Part shown: positions 12,766 to 25,345 of the stretch, piece by piece | How the letters are laid out: the number at the start of each line of letters is the position of its first letter | How positions within the stretch are numbered: position 1 is the first letter of the stretch | NCBI GenBank assembly: GCA_013239625.1 | Contig: MU054391.1 | Span: 2,509,130 to 2,573,129, forward strand | DNA from: Lama guanicoe | Lineage: Eukaryota | Direction of reading: 5' to 3' | Length of the DNA stretch: 64,000 bases | The notes under the pieces: model-generated | Databases searched by the model: none | What the model was told of the DNA's origin: nothing | What the model saw: only the letters and a program-made list of their open reading frames with translations | Translations under genes and position numbers: made by a program

Positions 12766-15700
12766 GTGTCTCCTCACAATTGGTTTTCACCACAACCTCC
12801 CTGTTCTTGAGGAAAACCTTAGTCTTGAACGTCTCAAGCTGGGTTGTAAAAGTAGTCATTCCTTCAAGAAGAGATCAATGGCTATTCTCCGAACTCCCAG
12901 GCAAAATCTCCGAGCCAGGGCTCTGAAGGTGGGAGTAGGGATAATAAAAAACTCTCTGGTGAGAGTCTGTCCTGAATGTCGAGAGTCTGATGGAAAGTGG
13001 AGGAACAATTTCCTTGTTCTTTTAGATCCGTCTCCCAGCATGGACGGCTCCACGTCACAGGTAAGGGGGAGGACTACGAGGTCCCCAGTACTCCCAGCCT
13101 GCTACACCCGAGGGGGCTGGGTGAGGACGGCAGCCCCTAGCTCCTGACCGCATCTGCCCAGGACTCACCGCCAGCAGAAGTTAGCTGGGGGCATAACGAG
13201 AAACTGTCACGTCCCACTCCTCAAAGGAACAACGCCCTGCAGCGAGGAGCTGGGGGAGGAAGCAGAAAGCCCTGTGTGCTAGGCTGCTGCAGCCCGGAGC
13301 AGAGTGTTTGCCTCACTGGCCGGGAACAGGGAAGGACGGGGCAACCTTGGCTCAGGTACCACAGGCTCGTGTTGTCTTACCAGGTTTTGCAGATTACTTT
13401 GCATAGGTATTTCCTCATTTGCTGCCTTTCCTTAGGACCATATTCAGAGCCTTAGGATGATTGCTTTTAAAATGTTTCTGTCAGTTTTACTAGAGGCTGG
13501 TCAGTGGATTTCCTCGTGTGTCCACGCTGGGAGTTGATTCTGGGCAACTGTTTTCTTGGAAGGTCCCCGTGGCACATCCCCCACCACCGTTCCTCTCCCG
13601 TGGGCTTTGAGAACGCTGCACCGTGCACACTGTTTGCATGAGAAGGGGAACATTTCAGTAGTGGTTACTGTCAGCTCAGCTGGCTTTGTAAGAATGTTTC
13701 TTAAGCAGCAGTCTGCCTTTCCATACAGAACAACAGCATTAACTGAGTGGCTCATTTCTCAGAACCCCCGACAGCCCCAGGGCTCGGCACTCTGCTTTAA
13801 TACCACTCTGCAGATAATGATCTTCATTCTAGCAGAACCTCAAAATGACCTTGATGTTTACAACAGCAGGAAAAAAATGGCTAGCTGGCTGATGGCATTA
13901 AAACCAACAATTAATGGCAAAGAAGAAGGAATTCCCTCTTCTTTTAATGCACACATACTCTTCAGCAAGAGTGAAAATTCATAATCCCTTGCTTTAAAAA
14001 AATGCATGCTACTGTCAATTTATCTCAATGCATTTTACAACACTGGAGAGAGTGTCTTTCAAGTTGTTTTAAAAGTATAAATGATACTTCTCTTGGAAAA
14101 CTGATGTTGAAAATAAGAGCTAGAAAAATACGATTCAAAAATATAGTATAATAGGCAGAGTGTGCAAGAGTGTTCATTTCATGACTTCAAAGCAAGGCTT
14201 TTGTAACCCCCTTAAAAGCTTCCCTTAAAGATAAAAAAAAAAGATACTTTCAAGCATTTCTTTAGAACTTCTATTTACCATTCTAATTTTATTTTTTATC
14301 CAATAAAAGAGATTCTTAAAACTACCCATAAATTACCCCCATGAAGGCAAAACCACCATTAACCATATAAATCAAGTGAGGATTAAATCATGCTTGGCTA
14401 TTCATAACAAGCTTTCGCTGCACATTATCCAAAATGGAACTAACATACGCTTTGGCTTTTTTTTCTGATGTAATTTATAGAAATGCTGCCTTTTTCTGAC
14501 TTCCATAGCTTTGACTCTTTATTTTCTATTGATTACAAGTCAGCCCCGTTTGCCCTGGGACATGCAGCTAGTGATGATCCAGACTCAGATCTGCCACAAC
14601 TGTATTTAACTCATGTAAAGAAAAGAAGACAGATGACTCTCAGGAACTACTGGGAAGGCACCAGCTAACCCCAGCTAATTATGCTTGTTTATGATATATT
14701 ATGGCTTTGGTAATAAAGGCCATTAACTAATGCCCACTCAGCTGCGATCACCGTACAGCAGAACACATCTCAGAGCAGCTTGCGCACTCTTTATGCAGGT
14801 CATGTCCTAGAAATGAGTACAGCTGAAAAACAGAATCATTTCTGTTGAATCAAAAGGTCAGGGATACCTATTGATTAAAAAAAAATGCTAACTGTAAATT
14901 ACTGATTATATAGGATGTATAGAGAGAGATTATATAGAATGTAATAAATTCATAGACTAGGATATTAACTTTTAATTTATTTAGCTCTGCAGTGTTTAAA
15001 GAGCTTGAAAAACTAAGATTAACACTGTTGGCTAAACAACATTAAGGTAGGAGAAGGCAGACAGAGAATCCATAGCTATACTGACAGTTACGGTGGCATT
15101 TTGGGGATTAATTGCCCTAGACTTCACCACTCTAGACAATTCAGGAGGCAAGGCAGTAATATTAAAATCTCTTTTGATCCTTTCTCTTGTGTGAATAAAC
15201 TAAGAGTATTAATAATTTCACCCATATAAATACAAATAAAACAGCTCGTTCTTGCAAAAGGGAAATGGGATCAGTGGTATAGTTCATAGCTATAGGAGTT
15301 TTCCTCATTTAAAAGATTATTTTTCAAAAATTGGTCATATACAAAGAAACTTAAAGAATCCATGGCCCTTAGCTTGATAATTATACTTATATGTGACTCT
15401 GCTATAAGACAAATACAAACACAGGAAAAATTATGCAAAAATGTACATCTCAGTTTCATGCAGGTTAATAAACTGTTGGAAGCAGCCTATGGTTACAACT
15501 GCGCGGGAGGGTTTAGGTATAGTTTGAGGTTTCCATTTAGTGGAGCAATGTGGAGAAATTTAAAAATAATATTTACAAAGAGTTTACAGCTGCGGAGAAA
15601 ATATATACGGTGTGTGTATGGAAAGGAGCAGGAAGCACAAATCTTTAGATAAAATGCTAACTCTCTAAGCACTAAAAGGGTCGTAAATCAATGTTACAGA

Positions 15701-15929
15701 AACTCTAGAAAGGAATGGTTGCCTGTGAGTAGTGAGCTGGGGCAATTCTTTTTGTCCTTCTTTGTGCCTTCCTGTGTCTTGCGAAATTTCCAAGTGCCTA
15801 TGTACCTTTTTAATGGAATGGGGTGGTTTACGGGCTTTGTCGTTTTGACTAGGACACAACGAGGCGTTTGTTCTGATGTAGAGACCCACCTAAGAGACCC
15901 CGAACCGCAGCTTAGTTAAATCCATGCAC

Positions 15930-16440
15930 TGTCCCCGCACGCAGTTACAGCTCCAGCGGGGGGCTGCGCAGCGTGCAGGCGTACCGACCGTGAATCAGGA
16001 GCGGCAGGGGCGGGCAGGGGTGGAGCAGGAGCCGGCCAGCCGGCCCCCACATACAGCATTGCGGCGAAGGCTCTGCTTGAGCAAAGGGGGGTCTCAGCAA
16101 ATATCTTGTGGGAGAGAATTCCAGGCAGGAAAACACGATCAATGTCCTCGTGTCAGAGCAAGCGGAAGGCAGGAACAGAGGCCCCGCAGGGCAGGGCAGC
16201 TGAGGTCTAGCCGGGGGGCCGGGCTGACAGTGCGCAGCCTTCTGGAGGCCGCATTGCGCGCAGAGGCCCGGGCGGGACGCGGACAGCCCCGGAGCAGCGC
16301 CCTGCGCGCGGCCGAGCCGCGGTCTGCGCAGGAGCGAGCAGAGGAGAACGGGGCTGTGGCCTGAACCGGGGAGCCCAGCGTCCGCCCTGTAGGCAACGGG
16401 AAAGCACTGAAGTCCCATGAGACCTCGGGCGCGGCGTGTG
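15930..16440. promoter_or_regulatory. CpG-rich island-like patch
   Basis: Dense CpG, GC boxes (ggggcggg) and gcgcgc runs. Confidence 0.6.
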
Positions 16441-16949
16441 TGATGCTGAGGTCTCCCTCTGGAGCAAGGAGAGGGAGACCCTCAGGCGCTTTCACGGAGA
16501 TACAGAGAAAGGTAGGACAGGAAGGTAACCAGGACCTGAACCCAGGGAGCTCGGGAAATGATCTGAGACCCGTCAAGGCTATGATACTCGCAGCCGCTGA
16601 TTCCTCACCTACAGGAGATGAAGGGAGCCCGTAGTCCAAGAGAAGAGGGGGCTCAGAGGGAGCCCAGGAGTGACTAAGCCCGCTGGGAACCCCAGCGAAT
16701 CTGAGTTTACTTTTCTCACTATAGGAGGCGTGAGGGGCAGAAGACAGAGGCCAGCGCGGGAGTCAGAGCATCTCCCGTAAAGCTGGGCTCCTTGTGAGGA
16801 CAAGTTAAAAGCAAACTAACCCCCCCCCCCCGAACCTGCACTGCGCCCTGCCCCCAAAGGGGAAGCTGATTTTCACCCTTAGATGCAGTCTCACTGAAAT
16901 GCAGAAAACTAGAGGCAAAGAGAACGTCTTGAAAGCAGCCTGGCATAAA

Positions 16950-17900
16950 AAAACAAAAAAAAAAATCTGCAAAAGGAGAAGCAGCGACACTGGCCCAATT
17001 CTCAATATCCACAATGAAACAGACTGCAGTGGGACATCTTCCATGTGTTAAGAAAAAGCAACTCTCCACCGATAATTCTATGACCTAATTCAAGAATGGT
17101 AACAAAAATTTAAAAAATAATAATAATAATTCCAAGGCAAACAAAATGGGAGAATTCACCACTAGGAGATCTGCCTTAAATGAAATTTTAAAGGTTATGT
17201 TTTAGGTAGAAGGAAAGAGATCTTAGATGAAATTTTTAAGCTACTAGAAAGAATGAGCAAAGAATGTGATAAATATGTACTTTAACATGATTAAATGTTA
17301 TTTAATTTAAATAAATGTAAATAAGTTTGGCATACAAAAGTAACAACCATATTTTATCAGGTTAAAAATATAATGTAGATAAAAGACACAAAACATACAA
17401 TATAATCAGGAAAGGAATAAAAGGAACTAAAATGGTCTAGGATTTCTCTGTTTTGGGAAGGAAGTTAAAGACACCCACACATTTTATGCTCTGACAAGTT
17501 AGGGACACAGTGTGTAAATTCCAGATTAAATGCTAAAAGAAGAGAAAGGGAGGGTATAGCTTCCAAATTCAAAGGAGGAAAAGAAAAGAATCATTTAAAA
17601 AATAGCCCCAAAATGACGAGAGAGGAGATAAAAAGAAACACTAGGCAAGTGTGAGAGGTGGTGCCAAAGAGGACGGTGGATGTAAATCCAAACCATTAAT
17701 CTAAACAGACAAAACACAGCAGGGAAAAGACAAATAGAATCTGACTAAATTTTTAAAAAATCACTAAATGATTTTAGCAAGAGAAACCTCCAAAAAGTAA
17801 AGAAAAAAAAGTACATCCTAGCAACTTCCCACTGAGGCAAAGCTCGTACATAAATTTTCAAATCAGGCCAAGTACACTGTATGGAAAATAACCATCATTA
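16950..17900 (+). mobile_element. Very old L1M (end of ORF1, inter-ORF region, start of ORF2)
   Basis: A-rich; 'gagaattcaccactaggagatctgccttaaatgaaattttaaagg...ggtagaaggaaa' resembles the L1ME/L1MD ORF1 3' end. Confidence 0.65.
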
Positions 17901-20039
17901 TGAAACATGCTCCCTCAGTGGCGCAGGGTTAACATGGCTGGGAGGACACCACGCCGTCAGTCGTGCGTGTGTCTGAGGACGTGGTGTGTGTTACTGTGTC
18001 TACAGAGCTGCATTAGCCAGCTAACACCTGCATCTCTGTAACAGGACGAAGTGCAGTGAACCCAGAAGTGTAGTTAATTGGATTCTGCATATGAAGACCA
18101 TTTGGAGAAGAGAGGGGTTTCCATCCTTGGCGCCCTGAGACTGGATGGTACTCAGGGAGCACGTCCTGTGGTGGTGGCGTGGGTGTCAGGCACCCACAAG
18201 ATCCAGGGGGATGTCCCTAGGAAAGGAGAAAGGAGAGAAAATGTTAAAAAAAAAATTGGAAAAACAAAGTCAACGAGGTCAGGGAAAACCATGCACCACT
18301 GGGGGTGCTCGGAGTGGGGGCGCTGGGGGAGCATCCACAGGTTGCCTCCCAGGACGGCTGCCCCATCTCAGCGCTAGCTGCCCCCAGTGAGCGCACCCCC
18401 AAGGGGCCCCGTGCTGCCCTCGGCCCTCCCCAGGGGTGGGCTGGTGCTGCGTGTGCTTGGTGCTGGGCTCACATCTTCACAGCTTGGCTGGACGGAGCCA
18501 TTCCATTCCATTGTACCAGCACAGGGTCTGGTCCCCCTCCCCAAGGACAGACAGCTTTGCATCTCATCCTCCCCAGAAGCAGCAAATGCTTGTCCACTCT
18601 CTGCACCTGGAGGTCTTCCTGCTCCTCCCCAGCACCTCAGGACCCTGGGGATTTCTGAGAGAGGAAGGGACTCAGCCCCCTCTCAGCAGCAGCCAGTCAG
18701 CACCTGCACGCCTGGGACACCAGAGGGCGCACCCCAGTGAGGCCCACCGGGGTCTGGGGTGCCAGCTACTCTGCGCTGTGACCCTGGCCCACACGGACAT
18801 TAGGACAGGGATGACGAGTTGGATGCTTTCATCACATCAGCTTCTTTGATCTCCCATGCTCTGCCGAAGGTAAGAGGGGCTGTGGGCCCGTCCCTCCTCG
18901 GTGGGGCTTGTCAGCCCTGCAGTGGACTCAGTTCTCTCTCTGTCATTTATCAGCTTTTTGCTCACTGTTGGGGTGCGGGCCACGTTTCCTGGCTGTTTTC
19001 TATTTCCTCTACAGACAGATTCTCCCTAGACGTTTTTTGAATGAAACTTCTCAACCTCAGGTCCCTCATTCCTCACGCATAAATTCAGATTCATGTTATT
19101 AAACAGATCTGAACATTGAGATCAGTTTTGGCTGTTTCTTGGGCAAGTCACCAAATCTCCTAAGATGTTCGACGTTCCCTCAGAAGGGCTGTGACGGCCC
19201 GGACTTCAGCAGCACACAGAAGTGCCCTGACGCCTGCCTCTAAGGAGGTTCCCAGCTGGAACTGCCCTCTTTGTTCCTGAGGTGGGGGTGGGGGAGGCAT
19301 TTTCTCCTGCGTAAGTGAGAAGCTCTTCCAAAGGGTCAGGTTCTTTTGACTCAGAGTCCAGGGAGGGTGTGTCACCTGCTGAGGTCTACACTGAGTCCAA
19401 AGGCACTTGGTTTGTACTGACTTGCATTCAGGGACAGTTCACCTCCTTGTGTTGGGCCCTTGACAAATGTTTTCTCAGTTGCAAAGCAGGCAGGGTCACA
19501 GCAGCCCTTCTGAGAAGCAGTGGGGGCAGGATTTGCATGCAGGTCTATCTGGCCTAGCCTGGGGACCGAGGTGGGCGAGGGGCAGGGCTGGAGCCCAGCT
19601 GGGTCCATTAAAGCCATTGCTGTTAAAAGCTTGCCGTCCTGTCTCTGCAAAGATACTGCCTTTCCTAAAATCGCCAAGAAAGAGAATGAGGCAGGCTGTG
19701 CTTTTTCTTATAAAAGGTAAATAAATGGCCCCAGATAAAAGGCTCTGAGCCCTGCACTTAAGAGCTAAGGGGAGGGAAAGGTTACATTTTTTTCATACTC
19801 AGGTGTCCCCATGGTAACATGAAAAATCCTTTCTACTCTGCAAACCACCCTTGCATTATCAAGACTCCCCAAGAAATGTTTGCCTGTTTGCAATCTTAGG
19901 TTAAAGAAAAATAGACGCATATACACAAGGCTTTCGGAATGTTTACGTTTGAGGGCTTTTATTCTAGCAAAATCAACTCTGTTATCTCGCTCCCTGCGAA
20001 CCCTCTCTCAAGGCTAGATAAGCAGCTCGCTGCCGGATG

Positions 20040-21130
20040 ATTAACATCTGGAGGGCGCTGGGCTGCGGCCGACGGCGGCGGCAGGGCTGGCGCTTGCGGC
20101 CGTGAGTGCTCGCCCGGGAGGAGGGCCTCCCCGGGGCCCCGGCTCCAGTGCTGGGAATCAGAGCGCAGCTTTAACGGCACACGGAAAACAGTGACATGTG
20201 GGTGGAACCATGGGAACCATGGTGGGAAAGGTGCGTCTGAGAAAGCCGTCGATTTTTCCAGCAATTCTGTGCAGCCCAGACTCATTCTTCGAAAGTCCTA
20301 ACAATCGTGTCTACCAATAGGTGGAAGCTCTGAGTTAGCACAGCCGGCAAGGAATGGCTAGGTAGGTGTTGCTTTCTGCTTAAAACAGTAGATCCAACAC
20401 TTGCCATCTTCGTGTACTTTACAAACCAATAATATAGTTTAAAAAAATAAGAGCCAGAGGAGGCGCTTTCCATGCACTGGAACGCCCCAGTGAGCGTGCC
20501 TTGCGAAGCTGTGTGAGGGCCGAGCGCTAAGCAAGCAGGAGCGAGAGGCGACGCAGCGAGGAAAGGAGGCCGTGCACAGTCAGGGCCACACTCCCCCGAG
20601 GCGTGCCTGCAGACGCACGGCCCTCCCCGTGACCTCACAGACCCCCGCCTGCAGAGGACCTGGTGCGGGCCGTGCACCCGGACTCACAGGCTGCTCCCCA
20701 CCCATCGTCCTGCGGCCAGAACCCCGTGTGTTACCTGGAAGGTGGTGGTCCCTCAACCATCACAAGCGGCAGCACGAAAAAACTGAAACAGCAACGACAA
20801 ACCCAAGACGTACATCCCTTTGAGTGGATTTTGGTAACGGCCACATCCTAAGAAAGAGAAGAAATCACAGTGCCTGCCCTGGGCTCCCTGCAGACGAGAC
20901 ACGTTTAACTTTCAGAAAAGTCTGTGCAGTGAGAACTATTAGCCTTCTTTTAACGAGGAAACTGGGGCTCAGAGTGGTTAGGTGATACAGGACCCAAGCT
21001 ACACACGAGGCCCAGGACAAGGGACAAGAGGAAAGAAGGCCGAGGAGCTGCTGCCGGCGCGCGGGACGCCGTCCGATCGCGAGTGCGCCCGGAGGAGAGA
21101 GCTTTGCCGCCAGCTGAGCCTGCATCGCGG
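20040..21130. promoter_or_regulatory. CpG-rich patch containing a MIR fragment at about 20945-21005
   Basis: High CpG density; MIR core 'gaggaaactggggctcagagtggttagg'. Confidence 0.55.
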
Positions 21131-21595
21131 CTCTTTCCCTTACTAACTGGCATTCAAAAGTTAGACAGCCCGTGTTTTCTAAGCTCCCCGTTGAAACGGA
21201 GAAGGTAATGTTTACTTCAGAGGGCGTTACACAAGCGAGTTTCAAAGAGCCTGCTTGGCCCGTTGTCCGGGGCAGGCAGCACTTCACGAGCAGTAGGGTT
21301 GGTCACTTGCTGCGAGCTCTTATCATTACAGGGACGCCATCTAGCCGACCAGTTAGCCCGTCTGTGGCATATCACGGCACAGTCGCTGGTTTTAGTGCAG
21401 ATCTTCATGGGAAAGGCTTTCTGTGTTGTATGATGTTTGCACTGAATGTTGTAACAGTATCTCACCAAATTCTAAATGTAATAAAAACCTCTGCAAGTCT
21501 CCTCTATCAAAAGACGTGCAAGTGGAACAAGGAGCTCTCCCCTGTTCCCTGGCCTGAGGGGCGTGCGACCATGTGTTTCCATGGGGATATTTTAT

Positions 21596-22163
21596 TGTGA
21601 TGAGCTGGGAAGCCCCATAGAAAAGACGGGCAGGACCCCCAGGCAGGGCCACTACCCTCCTGCCAGCACCATCCGGTTCCCTGGCCCAGAGGCTCTCTCA
21701 CTTTTTGCCTCCCAAACGGCTTACTTCTAGGAAAGTGGAACTTACCCCTAACATTCTATTGGTTCCCTGAGCTCCATCCTGATTGGTTATTTCTTTCACT
21801 CCTAATTGGTCCATTTCCCTCACTCCTGATTGGTCCATTCGTAGTATTTTCTTTGCATGAAGCTCACTCCTGATTGGTTACTTCTGTCACTCTTGATTGG
21901 TCCATTTCCCTCACTCCTGATTGGTTATTTCTACAAAGCTTGTTCCTAATTAGTCAACTTTTGTTATACCTTATTTGTATATGATGTTGCAAAGTGTAGA
22001 CCGGCAGACTATAAAAGCTTGTGTAAATCTACAGATAGGGTCCAGAGCTTGGAGTGTTAACTCCTCTGGTCCTGCTGTAGTAAACGTGAGTTCTGCAACT
22101 CTCCAAGTGCTGCTTGGTCTCTCGCCTGGATCCGGGTTACTGTCACAACTGAGCTGTGACACA
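21596..22163 (+). mobile_element. Solo ERV LTR (568 bp) with tandem inverted CCAAT array
   Basis: TG...CA termini (tgtgatgagc...tgtgacaca); flanks tttat/ttttt; seven ATTGG boxes; TATAAAA at 22010-22016; AGTAAA poly(A)-signal variant at 22079-22084. Confidence 0.85.
21758..21955 (+). repeat. 23-24 bp tandem unit (core cactcctgattggt) in the LTR U3
   Basis: ATTGG at 21758, 21782, 21805, 21829, 21873, 21896 and 21920; degenerate ATTAG at about 21949. Confidence 0.9.
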
Positions 22164-23148
22164 TTTTTCTGCAGCAGTGATGACACCAGGCAGGTCTTCA
22201 GGTGGCAGCGCAACAAGCTTGGTGCCACAAGATGACCTCACAGGCAGGGTTTCCAGGCTTCAGGTTTTCTCTTAGTCTGGCTTACATCTGCTTCTTTGCT
22301 CACCAAACTGACCATCATTAGTCTAATAATTCAGTGTTGATTTTGAGATAAATTATTGCCAGTCTGGGTGCCTCTGTGAGCAGCTCCTTCTTTAACAGCA
22401 GTGACTACAGTGGAAGGTGTTCCGGAACTACTGTGTTTAATACAATCGCAGAAAAGCTCACAGCAGTGCTGGGAGGGAAGAGAACATTGAGCAGTTTATT
22501 ACTGAAAACAAGGTAGCCCAGTTTGCTTAAGGAGCTGTGTGTGCACTCAGAAGGACTTGATAAGTTCACTCAAGATTGGTTTCTTGGATGGCAGAGGAAC
22601 ACAGTATCCAAGGAAACGTTCAGAAGATAGCTTCAGGTAAGTACCATATTGGGTCCATGTGACACTCCCCTTAGAATGTATGAGAAGAAATGCACTTACT
22701 ATGTTTGATTCCAGAAATGAAGCCACTGCGGTCCATTCAAGGAGCACAGCAGGAGGGATGCAGGATGTCTGCTGTGGCCGGCCTCCGAGCCCCCGTGCAA
22801 GCCCTTCCTGGCCCTGGAGAGCCTTCCACCTGCGGCCCCGCTCAGCTCACACTCACCCTTCAAAACCAAGCTTCAGGTTCATTTTCAGGTGGAAGAATTT
22901 TTTGACTCTTTGTGAAAAAATAAATCACACCATGTATTGTTTCATTGCCTCACAAATACTATTTTTGACACATGTATTGCTATATATTGACATTTATTTG
23001 TTTAGAAGCCTATGTGGATTATACAGTGGATTACATAGTTGGAACGTCGAATCAAATAATGCCCTTTCCCTCAGGGATGAGATGACAGGAAGCCTTATGT
23101 GGGTGGTACTTAGACACTGACACTCAGCTCATAACAATGGCTGCTTTA

Positions 23149-23386
23149 GAGGGTGAGAAGGGATAGACTGGGACTTCAAAATGTAGAATAGATAAACAAG
23201 ATTATACTGTACAGCACAGGGAAATATACATAAGATCTTATGGGAGCTCACAGAGAAAAAATGTGACCATGAATATATGTATGTTCATGTATAACTGAAA
23301 AATTGTGCTCTGCACTGTAGTTTGACAGAACATTGTAAAATTATTATAAATCAATAAAAATGTTAAAAAATAAAATACAAAATAAA
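23149..23386 (+). mobile_element. 5'-truncated young L1 3' end with A-rich tail and 13-bp TSD
   Basis: TSD aatggctgcttta (23136-23148) / aatggttgcttta (23387-23399); AATAAA plus A-rich tail; related to the 6311-6600 copy. Confidence 0.9.
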
Positions 23387-23764
23387 AATGGTTGCTTTAT
23401 TCTGTATTTATTTGTTCAATCATCCAGTTAACAATTGTATGAGCATCTGTTTATTATATGCCACATATGAGGCAAGTATCTGGAGGTGGAAAAGTGAATT
23501 AGGTTTCTCATTCTATTCACTAAGCTTGGTGGAAAAAACTTCCATTTAAGAAAAAACTTTTTTAGAAAGCATCAAGGATTTTTCATAGTGTAGACTGACT
23601 AATATTTTAACATAATCACTCTTCCCTGAATAACAGTATAACTGGTTTTTGTTTGTTTTTAGAAAGAGATAACTCAGAATTCATTCCTTTAAGGATGTGG
23701 AAAGTGTTTCAGTCATTATGCAAAGTAACCAGCCTGGAGCCTGAGAACAGAATTAGACCCTTAC

Positions 23765-24004
23765 CTTTGTTCACCTAGATTTACTGTCCACTTCATCACG
23801 ACGTCTAAATGCAGAGAGAGCGGCAGTACCAGCCTCTGCTTGGAGTTCCCCGGGGGAGCATCCCTGGAGCCTTGGCTTTCTTGTCCGAAACAAGTGCATT
23901 GGTGAAGGTGAGATGCCTCCACCTGGGAGACCTCCGAGCTGCATCCTCGTCTCCTGTGCAGTGACATAGCCACCACCAGCTGAGGGTGCGGGGGAGCTGG
24001 AGGA
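23765..24004 (-). CDS. Candidate coding exon, 240 nt, phase 2-2 (or first exon with ATG at 23967); product unknown
   Basis: Long polypyrimidine acceptor 'tttctttccccccttctctcccaactctccctcag|T', donor 'AAG|gtaagg', open frame PPAPPHPQLVVAMSLHRRRG...VNLGEQ. Confidence 0.35.
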
Positions 24005-24045
24005 CTGAGGGAGAGTTGGGAGAGAAGGGGGGAAAGAAAGCAGCC

Positions 24046-24085
24046 TTTATAGGTCTTACTCCACGTGGGCTGAGTCCACTTCCGT
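24046..24085 (-). promoter_or_regulatory. Candidate core promoter: TATAAA, E-box and ETS motif
   Basis: Minus-strand TATAAA at 24046-24051, CACGTG at 24062-24067, CGGAAGT at 24078-24084. Confidence 0.35.
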
Positions 24086-24269
24086 TACGGCAGCTCGAGC
24101 AGGGCTCCGTTTCCCAAGATGCATAACTAATGTGAAGCTGGGACCCAGATCTGTATCTCTGTGTCTAGCGCCCGCGTCTACACCCACGCCCACCACCCAT
24201 CTAGCAGCGCATGTCGAGACTCCACAGTAAAATTCAAGAGTCACGGAGAGCGATGTGGAAACCATCCCA

Positions 24270-24378
24270 GGCTGGGCTTTGCCTGCTGGTCCCCCAGTCC
24301 CGGAGCTGCGTGCTGTGAAAGCAACTGTGGTAACTCACGTTTCAATGTGTCCAGGGACCACACTTTGAGAACCAAAGA
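24270..24378 (+). mobile_element. MER5-like DNA transposon end
   Basis: 'ccagggaccacactttgagaacca' is the MER5A terminal motif. Confidence 0.6.
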
Positions 24379-25174
24379 TACAGGTAACAGGGCCAAACTA
24401 AACGAGAAATGCCTGCCCCGTGTCCCAGTCCCCTTTCTCATCAGCAGAAATGTACTACGGCAGCAAATTCTCTCCCAGATTTTTCACGTGGCCTTTGACA
24501 AGTACTGTTTTCCCTTGCAGAGTCTAAGCATTTGTAGGGTTTCCGTTCACTAGGCTGCATCTATTATTGGGTGAATGAGATAGAAGAGAAATAGGAAAAA
24601 GCTGTACAAACTCAGATATACTCAATCTGACGTCTTAGGTGACCACTGCTGCCTTTCCAGCTGAATGTGTAAACGCTGTGTGTGTGCTTTGCCTAAACCC
24701 CCTTTAGGTAATAAGATAATTTCTGATTCTTTGCCCACTGATCTGGTATTTCAGCTTGTGAACCACTTGACAGGTTTTGCTTCTAAAAATGGAGAAATTC
24801 ACAAGTTTTACCACGTTTGACCAACACTAGGGTGGGAGGCAGCGAATCCCAGGAAAGCACCTTGCAAGTGTGTGTCTCTCGTCTGCCCTTTTGTGCGTTT
24901 CTCCAAGGATTCCTGTGGGGACAGTCCTCCTCTCCAGGGTTTGGATTTCTTCCACCGTAGAAAAACTATATGCACAAAACTCTTGAATTGTTCTCTTAAA
25001 CTTCCTTGCCAATGCTCTTTAAAAAATATTTTTTAATGGAATCATTTTGGTAACAAGTTCTCCTGTTCTTTCTCAAGGATCTGGTTCAAAGATCTTTTGT
25101 GTGATTTGTTGAGAGTTTGGTAGACTTGAAAATCAGAGGGAAACCAGAGATTACAAACAACGGTGGTACACCAG

Positions 25175-25345
25175 GCCCTTAACACTCATCACAAAGCCGA
25201 CAGGCACACCTGGTAGTTGGTATGTATGGTCCCACTTCACAGAGGAGGAAACTGAGGTGGAGAGTGGAAGAGGAACTTAACCAGCTTCACACGGCCATGG
25301 AAGGTAGGTCAGGGACTCAATCTGCGTACAGCAGGCTTCCGAGAC
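25175..25345 (-). mobile_element. MIR SINE
   Basis: Core 'cccacttcacagaggaggaaactgagg...ggaacttaaccagcttcacac'. Confidence 0.75.

Noticed and set aside
12600..13170. Strong minus-strand donors at about 12608 and 13168
   Set aside because: They lie in or beside L1 remnants with no matching acceptor at exon distance; probably cryptic.
21758..21955. Periodic repeats as a CRISPR-like array
   Set aside because: The units are adjacent tandem copies with no unique spacers and lie inside an LTR U3.
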